The notes below the pieces were generated by a model. It was not told the origin of the DNA and did not search any database. It worked only from the letters and a program-made list of their open reading frames with translations. Of a stretch of DNA of 43,064 nt, positions 37,301 to 43,064 are shown piece after piece. The position numbers and the translations under genes were made by a program. The stretch's first letter is position 1. Each line of letters begins with the position of its first letter. Origin of the DNA: Verrucomicrobiota bacterium (GTDB lineage Bacteria > Verrucomicrobiota > Verrucomicrobiia > Opitutales > Opitutaceae); the NCBI GenBank assembly GCA_030832235.1, contig JAURJO010000361.1, positions 1 through 43,064 of the forward strand. The letters run 5' to 3'.

Positions 37301-38344
37301 CCGACCCAAGGCGGACGGATCGACTCGCAGCGCCCGATACCCGTCGCCTGCCTTCCCTCCCGTTGCCAACAGTGTGGTTTCTGCCATCCCGTAACACGCG
37401 AACAACGACGTGCGGCGCAACCCACAGCCGGCGAAAGCATCGGCAAAACGCTCAAAGGCCCGCGCATCGATTGGCTCCGAGCCATTGTAGATCAACTCCA
37501 GGCAACTCAGATCGAGGTTGGCCTTTTGTTCGGCGGTGACCACCCGCGCACACAGATCGAATGCGAAATTTGGCGCACCTGTGGTCCGCGCCCGATGATG
37601 GCTTATCGCGGCCAACCAGCGCACCGGTTTCTGCAAAAACGCGGCCGGCGGCATCAGCACCGTGGAGGTTCCGAGGTAGAGCGGCTGGAGCAGGTTCCCG
37701 ATCAACCCCATATCGTGGTAAATCGGCAACCAACTCACGAACGTGGACTGGTCGTGGTATCCAAACTGGCGCCGAATCATCTCCGCATTCGCCATGATGT
37801 TGGCATGGGTGATCATGACGCCCTGCGGTTGGCCGGTGGAGCCAGAACTATACTGCAGCAGCGCGAGCGCATCGGGGCGAATCGCCGGGCGCTGCCACGA
37901 CGGATCAGGTCGCATGAGATCGTCGCTCGCAATCAGGCGAAACGACGCCGCGCGCTCGCCCAACCACGGCTCGACCTTGGCGAGACCCTCGCGCGTGCTC
38001 ACGATTACCCGCACTTGAGCATCCTGCAGGATGGCCTCAATGCGCGGCATGTGACGGGCGTTCCGCGGCGGGTAGGCGGCGATCGCCACCACCCCCCCGT
38101 AGAGGCACCCACAAAACGAAGCGACAAACTCGAGTCCCGGAGGGTGCAGCAAAAGCACTCGTTCCCCCTCCCCGGCCTCCGCCCGCAATCGCGCCCCGAT
38201 CGCCCGGGCGCGGGCATCGAGTCCCGCGTAGTCCAAGGTATCCACCTGCCCCTCGCCTTCCGCGAGAAAGTGGACCGCCGGGAGGCCACCGCTAAGGGCG
38301 GCGCGGCGCTCGAGGAGATCCACAAAATTGAGGGGGGTTAACAT
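34334..38344 (-). CDS. Loading protein: fatty acyl-AMP ligase (FAAL)-acyl-CoA dehydrogenase-ACP fusion
   Basis: FAAL motifs LQYSSGSTGQPQG, WLPIYHDMGLIG, YGMAETTL, the FAAL insertion VDPSALGRNEAVEV, LRTGDLGF and PKTSSGK. ACAD motifs FAFTEPAAGSNP, HGSKRWIG, MLGGRGY and RIFEGPTE (catalytic Glu). ACP FGIDSLTAVEL. ATG 38344 is preferred over the track's TTG at 38356. ATGA overlap with the PKS. Confidence 0.9.
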   Translation of the reverse strand: MLTPLNFVDLLERRAALSGGLPAVHFLAEGEGQVDTLDYAGLDARARAIGARLRAEAGEGERVLLLHPPGLEFVASFCGCLYGGVVAIAAYPPRNARHMPRIEAILQDAQVRVIVSTREGLAKVEPWLGERAASFRLIASDDLMRPDPSWQRPAIRPDALALLQYSSGSTGQPQGVMITHANIMANAEMIRRQFGYHDQSTFVSWLPIYHDMGLIGNLLQPLYLGTSTVLMPPAAFLQKPVRWLAAISHHRARTTGAPNFAFDLCARVVTAEQKANLDLSCLELIYNGSEPIDARAFERFADAFAGCGLRRTSLFACYGMAETTLLATGGKAGDGYRALRVDPSALGRNEAVEVVAGRTDGLTVVSCGQSVAGQELAIVDPVTRQPCAAATVGEIWLRGAHVSPGYWGQPERTAESMDGRQADGSGSWLRTGDLGFLKDNELYVTGRIKDVIIVRGKNHYPQDIERTAELSHPSLQPGSCAAFALRIDGVEQIGIAAEVRRTELRTLDGPAVVSAIRRAVLESHELSVFAVTLLKPVTLPKTSSGKLQRFAARAGWESGTLESVYADREPPGSAPLGSPAPAAPTSPADVAPAAPGLGRLGGEPERSRRRADEMIAWIRDYAEQRVNSYLIDERRCIPPHIVLDFGNNGLLGLEVPEELGGAGLTTEDTLRVGVQLGAVDVNLSSFVGVHNALGLRTLLRHGSERMRREVVPPIAQGRELIAFAFTEPAAGSNPRAITATATPDGAGGWLLHGSKRWIGTGAWSGWIVAAAHLLDESGRDRGITTFLLRQGSPGLRMGAEEMTMGMRGMIQNTVHLEGMRVGLEDMIGSLGSGMDVAQDTMKFGRLFIATVSLGTMQRCVQLMLRYASRRTISTGRLAENLITRERLTEHIVRIAALRSFITQFGRWYDAGLDVPEEFFALVKYAGPESLGLAVDHLLQMLGGRGYIETNLVPQFYRDARLVRIFEGPTETMIMFLGSRIASQSRPLQDFLRERLGAPEIADLVFAAADTAKQHHLVRGTEVEQALGVQRVSRLLGEFGLWALWLAIVEHDTTGDDPELPRARVWLRRLMAETHERLSQPIADLELPLNSTEILAAGARHRAAIGDIEPRAAGVEFELDPLLRRADHVAPKATAAPVPAATVVIPTAPAPASSSSSAPTAPNPAEAPSDTRAQVAKIETWLCEWIGGRLQLAVDKIDPLKPFSDFGIDSLTAVELSAGLGEWLGRDLPTTLTWDYPNIRMLATNVAAPGAIKAPSAVAGPAPSPAPSSSFGSVASVKVSYAPARDPVAAPSAGSAVPVSPAAARVGATQLEAMSEEDLAALLAEELRSLRGPVKRS

Positions 38345-38479
38345 ACGAAATGACAAGTGAGGAACAATATCGAAACAGGGAGAGTATCAGCCACGGGAAG
38401 AAGCGAACTGCAATAGCGCGGAGAGGTTGGCCAAGGCTCCAAACCGCGGGAAGCGAGGCGTCCCCATCGGTGGATAACC

Positions 38480-39043
38480 CTAGAAAGTTATAATTTCCAG
38501 CGCGACCTGCAAAATTTCCTCGCGCGCCGCTGCATCCAAAGCCGACCAGCCGAGCAACATGGCATGCTTGTAAGCTTGCCGACGCCCGACTTGACGAGAG
38601 AGCACCGGCAAGCAGATCCGCTCTCCAATCAAAGGCAGCTCGCGGGCTAGCGTTGTTTGCCGTTGCACTTGATTGAACAAGACCGCCGATTTCCCCCCCC
38701 GATAGTGGGTAGTGATTAATCGCGCCGTGTCTTGCGACGTCCACAAATCGGCCGGCGAAGGCGACGAAACCAAGATCACTCGGTCTGCCGCCTGGAGACT
38801 CTCTTGGAGCGCTGGTGACTCCAAACGGGGCGGCGTATCAATAATGGTGGTATCGTAGCGCTCCCCCGGGACAGCCAATCTCAAACCGGCTTTAGTCTCC
38901 TTAACCCACCGAGTTGCAGTTTGCTGGGGATCACGATCAAGCAACCCTACCTTACGACCGGCGTCCACCAACGCACAGCCCAGTAAGATTGATAAGGTGG
39001 TCTTACCCGCCCCGCCCTTCCCGTTGCAAAAAACAATCGTCAC
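38480..39043 (-). CDS. Short ParA/Soj-family ATPase (no adjacent parB)
   Basis: Deviant Walker A GKGGAGKTT, A' DRDPQ, Walker B IIDTPP; 187 aa with no N-terminal HTH. Confidence 0.88.
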   Translation of the reverse strand: MTIVFCNGKGGAGKTTLSILLGCALVDAGRKVGLLDRDPQQTATRWVKETKAGLRLAVPGERYDTTIIDTPPRLESPALQESLQAADRVILVSSPSPADLWTSQDTARLITTHYRGGKSAVLFNQVQRQTTLARELPLIGERICLPVLSRQVGRRQAYKHAMLLGWSALDAAAREEILQVALEIITF

Positions 39044-39050
39044 GGCTTCA

Positions 39051-39067
39051 GCTTGGTTGCACCAAGC
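39051..39067. promoter_or_regulatory. Inverted repeat (7-bp arms, 3-bp spacer) just upstream of the ParA start; possible operator
   Basis: gcttggt-tgc-accaagc, 8 bp upstream of the GTG start at 39043. Confidence 0.3.
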
Positions 39068-39160
39068 AATACGATTGATAATTAGCCCCGGGACGGGTAT
39101 GAACGAAAGAACCCCGTAGGCACGGGACCTTCGGTACGAACCAGCTGATTTTCAGCTCTA

Positions 39161-39352
39161 TCAGGAAGCTTGGGGCTCGACTTCAGCCGGGGTGACGGAC
39201 TTTTTCTCCGAGGCCAATACCAGAAGAAAGCCGATGATTGGTGAAAGCAAAAGCGAGGCCAGGGTATAACCCAAGAAACCGAATTTGCGTTCCCGACCGA
39301 GGTGACCGATAAGCGCACAAAGCGCGACGTAGAGGATAATAGATAGATACAT
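39161..39352 (-). CDS. Small two-TM membrane protein (63 aa), hypothetical
   Basis: Two hydrophobic segments flanking GRERKFGF; starts 11 bp after the stop of the DUF697-like gene on the same strand. Confidence 0.75.
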   Translation of the reverse strand: MYLSIILYVALCALIGHLGRERKFGFLGYTLASLLLSPIIGFLLVLASEKKSVTPAEVEPQAS

Positions 39353-39363
39353 GGTGATAATTT

Positions 39364-39984
39364 TTATAATTTTACTGAGGCTATTTTTTCCATACCGGCC
39401 TTAACTTCAGCGGCAAAACGGGACGAAAATTCTTTGGGCTTGAAGCTTAACAGCGTGCCCCCGGACTCGTAGTGAGCGATGAAGACCTTGCCGATCGCAT
39501 AGGTGCAACCACCGGCCAAAGCAGGAAGAGCGACCATACCGACAATCTGCCCAACTCCGGGAATTACCTTCACCGCAGCCCCTAAAGAAACTCGCGCCAA
39601 GTAGGAGGGCCCCAGACCGCCTATCAACGCTCCGATAGCCGACTTGCCAATATTCTGGGTGAACGGCACCTCGTAGAGCTTCGACACGTCAGCCAGCATC
39701 TTCAATTGCACGCCCGTGATGGCTGCAATATCCCACCCCGGCAAGGGAATGGCCCCCGCCCCGGCAGCCATCAGCGAACTGGTCAAAACAATGCGGTCGG
39801 CGGCGGGAACGGTGGACTGGATCGCGAGAATTTCGCCCGCATTACCGATTAACTCCATGGAATTTGTATCGATTTCGCCGTCGGTTGCCGTCGCGTCGGA
39901 ACTCGTATCGGTTTCCACCTGAGCGACGTCAAGCGAGTGGGCCAACTTAGACTTCAATAATTTGTTTTTGGTTTGGTTTGCCAT
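39364..39984 (-). CDS. DUF697/YcjF-like small membrane-associated protein
   Basis: Motifs AGAGAIPLPGWDIAAITGVQLKMLADVSKLYEVPF, KVIPGVG and TYAIGKVFIAHYESGGTL, typical of this family as I recall it. Confidence 0.75.
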   Translation of the reverse strand: MANQTKNKLLKSKLAHSLDVAQVETDTSSDATATDGEIDTNSMELIGNAGEILAIQSTVPAADRIVLTSSLMAAGAGAIPLPGWDIAAITGVQLKMLADVSKLYEVPFTQNIGKSAIGALIGGLGPSYLARVSLGAAVKVIPGVGQIVGMVALPALAGGCTYAIGKVFIAHYESGGTLLSFKPKEFSSRFAAEVKAGMEKIASVKL

Positions 39985-40018
39985 AATAAAGGATCGCTCT
40001 GCACCTTGAAAAGGCCTA

Positions 40019-40046
40019 ATAGTAACTCGCCGATCTTAAAGGTCAA
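40019..40046 (-). promoter_or_regulatory. Putative sigma70 promoter for the DUF697-like/small membrane protein genes
   Basis: Minus strand TTGACC-N16-TACTAT, about 35 bp upstream of ATG 39984 in an AT-rich stretch. Confidence 0.5.
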
Positions 40047-40613
40047 GGGTTGATTAAATCTCTCGTTCGCCAAAATTTTTTCGTCGGTTCCAGAATGCCG
40101 CGATGCATAACCGAGCGCATTTTCAAGTAAGGAATTAGTCGTTGGGGTCGGTCGGCAGCGGGGGCGGATGCCGCGATCAATTTGGCTGAATCTACGGAGT
40201 TTTGGTCAAGATGGGGCTGACTTGCACGAGGTGACCCTCCTCGCGGCTGGTCTTGACCGCCGAATCAGCCGCCAGCCCCAACCCGACCTCGACGCCAAAG
40301 GCGAACGGCAGGTGTGCCCCCCCGCCCGTCTGTTCATTGACGCTGCACCACCATGACCTCCTTGGTGCGCTCCGATAGGACGCGACGGCATGCCCACCGA
40401 AGGCCCGTCGACCTGCGACCGAACCCGGCAACAGTCACGACGTGGAAAGCCCCCCCTCGGGTAGGTCGCGCCCCACGCTGAATGCGTGGTCTCCTGATGT
40501 CATATCCGCCGCGATTGCTTAGCACCAAACCAGTCGTTTCACGATTTTCGGCCTCTCCACCGCCATTTCGTACTCGCCCGTCCTAAATAAGGGTCTAGAC
40601 TCTCCCCGAATTC

Positions 40614-41651
40614 ATGGAAGACTCCTCCCTTTCTCCTCCGCCTACCCCCCCCCCGAATAGTTCGGCGGCCCCCACCCGCCTGCCGCGGGGGAAAATGCGG
40701 CCAAAACGCCCTCGTCTGGGAGCGCGCATGCGGGCCAACTGGCGTGAGATTTGGGCCGAGGACAAAGTACTGCTCACCAGCATAGCCTTGGTCGTCTTGT
40801 TCCTGTTGGCGTTTTTCTGGAATCGAATCTTTGTGCTAATCGAGGCCGGTCATGCTGGCGTCATCTTCCGCCCTTTGACGGGGGGCACCGATGTCGACCG
40901 CACTTACGACGAGGGCCTGCGCATCGTTGCCCCGTGGAACCGCATGGTGATCTACGACGCCAGAGTGCAGCAGGTGGGGGATGAATTTCGCGTTCTCTCT
41001 TCGGACGGCTTGGAGGTTTCCGTGGAGGTTTCCATACGCTATCGACCCATGCGCGATGATCTCGGCCTGCTACATAAAAATGTCGGTGTCGATTACGTTA
41101 CAAAAATAATTAAACCCGAAATCCAATCGCAATTTCGCTATATCCTCGGTCAATATCGCCCCGAGGAAATCTACACCTCTCAAGGCTTTATTGTACAAAC
41201 CGTTAAACAAGGGGGTCTGGCCCAACTGGCCGACCGCTATATTCTCCTGGACGATCTCTTGCTCAAAGCCGTCCGCCTGCCACCCACGGTCGCACAATCC
41301 ATCGAATCGAAACTGCGCGCCCAACAACTGGCGCTGGAGTTCGACTACCGCCTGGAAAGCGAGACAAAGGAGGCGCAACGCAAAAAAATCGAGGCTGAGG
41401 GTATCCGTGCCTTCCAAGAAATTATTACCGCCGGCGGGATTACCGAATCCTACCTTCGCTTCCGGGGCATCCAAGCCACGCTCGAACTCGCCAAATCCCC
41501 AAACTCAAAAGTCATCGTGATTGGAGGTGGGAGAGACGGCATGCCTTTGATCCTCGACGGCCGCACCGACGCCCCACTCACCGACGACCTGCTAAAATCC
41601 TCGGCGGGGGGCCGCAGTGGCGATCCCCAAGCCGGCGGCGCCGCCCCCTAA
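40614..41651 (+). CDS. SPFH/prohibitin (band 7) family membrane protein
   Basis: N-terminal TM followed by IEAGHAGVIFRP...EGLRIVAPWNRMVIYDAR, SSDGLEVSVEVSIRYRP, coiled-coil EAQRKKIEAEGIRAFQ and LAKSPNSKVIVIG. The true start may lie further downstream. Confidence 0.88.
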   Translation: MEDSSLSPPPTPPPNSSAAPTRLPRGKMRPKRPRLGARMRANWREIWAEDKVLLTSIALVVLFLLAFFWNRIFVLIEAGHAGVIFRPLTGGTDVDRTYDEGLRIVAPWNRMVIYDARVQQVGDEFRVLSSDGLEVSVEVSIRYRPMRDDLGLLHKNVGVDYVTKIIKPEIQSQFRYILGQYRPEEIYTSQGFIVQTVKQGGLAQLADRYILLDDLLLKAVRLPPTVAQSIESKLRAQQLALEFDYRLESETKEAQRKKIEAEGIRAFQEIITAGGITESYLRFRGIQATLELAKSPNSKVIVIGGGRDGMPLILDGRTDAPLTDDLLKSSAGGRSGDPQAGGAAP

Positions 41652-41688
41652 ATCGAACCCCAAAAACGGCCTTGCCGCCGAGACGCCC

Positions 41689-42891
41689 CTAGGCCGTCCC
41701 GCCCCTTTTAAGTTCTTCCCAGAGTTGCTCTTGCAATGAATCATTCTCGGCCGAGTAGTCTAGTTGGTAATTCCGCCCCGAAGGGTGCATGAGATACGAC
41801 GGCCCATTGAGAACGAAACGATCAACATAGGCCTGGGACCCGGTCACCGTATTTGCAAAGCAGGAGAAGTTGGTCACTTCCGCCGCCCGCCGCGGATCCA
41901 GCAAGAAATTGATCAAAGCATGCGCGCCCTCGTAATTTTTTGACATCGCGGGGACGGCGAAGACATCCCGCCACACAATGGATCCTTCTTGCGGCAGGGA
42001 GACTCTTAAGTCTCTATTACCGGCCAGCATAACCGCGGGGCCACCTGCCTCCGGCTGGGCCGTAAACCCCCGCATCGCCCGGGTAACGTCCCCCGTGTAC
42101 GCCATGGCAAGGCCCACGGTGCGGCTGCGCAACAATTCCTGCGCATCTTCGAAATAATCGATGCGATCTCGAATCTGTTTCAGCAGATCAAACGCCTGGG
42201 TGATCTTAGTCGGGTCGCGCGTATTGGGATCCAAACCAAGATAGATCAACGTACACCCAACCACAAAACGCGCTTCATCAATCATCGATACCTTAACCTC
42301 CGTAACGCGATTATCAAAGGCGTTCGGCAGGTTCGGTCCTACTTGGCGCGTGAACAAAGCGGACCAACTCTTCGGCAGTCCGCTTAACCGTTCACTGTCG
42401 TAACCTATCCCCGTCGAGCCCCAGAGAAAAGGCACCGTGTGTCGGTTATCCGAATCATAGTGCGTATTACAAAGCGCCCTATCGACCAGTCCCAGGTGAG
42501 GGATTTTGTCCTTGTCAAGCGGCACTAACAACCCGGTATCGCGCATCTGCTGGGCCATATAACCGGTGGGTAGGATGAGATCACACTGCACGCTGCCAGA
42601 TTTCAGTTGGCGGTAGAGTTCGTCGTTGGACGAATAGGTCTCCACGTGAATATCAAATCCGGTCCGCAGCGTAAAACGCTGCAACACGGCCTCCGGCAGG
42701 TAGCCTTCAAAAATATACACCCGGACCTCCTTTTGCGCGGACACGAAGCGCCGTAAACGCAATCGATCACATCCGGTCGCCAAAAGAGTGGCCGCCGCCC
42801 CCGCACCTGTGAGCCACTGTCGACGAGTCAAACCCTTGGCCGAGGGCAAGACTGAAGCAGGCACAGGGTTGGTTCCAAACGGTCGCAGCAT
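41689..42891 (-). CDS. PotD/PotF-family spermidine/putrescine ABC transporter substrate-binding lipoprotein with Tat signal
   Basis: TRRQWL twin-arginine motif and LATGC lipobox; YIFEGYLP, TYSSNDEL, DLILPTGY, VPFLWGSTGIGY, PQEGSIVWRD, AHALINFLLDP. Start is probably ATG 42891 (track gives 42930). Confidence 0.82.
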   Translation of the reverse strand: MLRPFGTNPVPASVLPSAKGLTRRQWLTGAGAAATLLATGCDRLRLRRFVSAQKEVRVYIFEGYLPEAVLQRFTLRTGFDIHVETYSSNDELYRQLKSGSVQCDLILPTGYMAQQMRDTGLLVPLDKDKIPHLGLVDRALCNTHYDSDNRHTVPFLWGSTGIGYDSERLSGLPKSWSALFTRQVGPNLPNAFDNRVTEVKVSMIDEARFVVGCTLIYLGLDPNTRDPTKITQAFDLLKQIRDRIDYFEDAQELLRSRTVGLAMAYTGDVTRAMRGFTAQPEAGGPAVMLAGNRDLRVSLPQEGSIVWRDVFAVPAMSKNYEGAHALINFLLDPRRAAEVTNFSCFANTVTGSQAYVDRFVLNGPSYLMHPSGRNYQLDYSAENDSLQEQLWEELKRGGTA

Positions 42892-43064
42892 ACGGTTTTT
42901 AGCGTGTTGGCGGCATCCCTTGTGTGGCAAGCCCCATGTTCACGCCCCTGCACCATGGCACCATCTTGCGCAATTTGAGCACCAAGGGGGCAAGCAAAGC
43001 CCACATCAAGGCCCGGCCAAATTGCGGAATGGCGATTCCCAGCACATCAAAATACTCCGCCTTC

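Larger units (their letters stand above)
1..38344 (-). other. Hybrid FAAL-PKS-NRPS lipopeptide biosynthetic gene cluster/operon (continues beyond the left edge)
   Basis: Six co-oriented megasynthase genes. Four junctions are ATGA overlaps (3313-3316, 22078-22081, 28677-28680, 34334-34337) and one is a 16-bp gap. Domain order is collinear, and no TE lies within the window. Confidence 0.95.

Noticed and set aside
29-38341. Many long plus-strand and off-frame ORFs (e.g. 1769-3502, 10945-13137, 18728-20788, 29547-31817)
   Set aside because: Shadow ORFs of GC-rich megasynthase genes: Arg/Ala/Pro-rich, with no recognisable motifs.
1-38344. Assignment as the known hassallidin, jagaricin or puwainaphycin cluster
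   Set aside because: Residues 1, 2 and 8 and the FAAL-ACAD/PKS-LLM start do not fit has or jag. There is no aminotransferase domain for the beta-amino lipid of puwainaphycin, and the peptide order differs. No gene symbols were assigned.
40168-40528. Short ORFs in the intergenic region
   Set aside because: They overlap each other, are 62-79 aa long, and show no motifs or protein-like composition.
42956-42970. TGGCACCATCTTGC resembling a sigma54 promoter
   Set aside because: The GG-to-GC spacing is 9 nt rather than the required 10.

Overview
About 38 kb of this window (1-38344, minus strand, very GC-rich) is one translationally coupled lipopeptide assembly line that runs off the left edge. 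In order of transcription it encodes a FAAL-acyl-CoA dehydrogenase-ACP loading protein, a cis-AT PKS with an embedded luciferase-like monooxygenase (KS-AT-LLM-KR-ACP), and four NRPSs (2+2+3+at least 1 modules). The last NRPS (1-3316) is missing from the ORF track. A-domain codes read by eye predict acyl-Gly-Ser-Thr-D-Tyr-Dhb(?)-D-Gln-Gly-N-Me-Asn-..., where Dhb is dehydrobutyrine. Positions 3-7 plus an N-methylated residue 8 match the core of the hassallidin/jagaricin/chromobactomycin antifungal lipodepsipeptides, but residues 1, 2 and 8 and the lipid-building route differ, so this is plausibly a new family member. Two apparent domain-loss scars are visible: no E domain in module 3, and a module-1 A domain that looks like an oxidase-interrupted type with the oxidase missing. 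The lower-GC right flank carries an orphan ParA, a small membrane protein, a DUF697-like protein, an SPFH/prohibitin protein and a Tat-signal polyamine-binding lipoprotein. All domain and substrate calls come from motif reading, not database searches.
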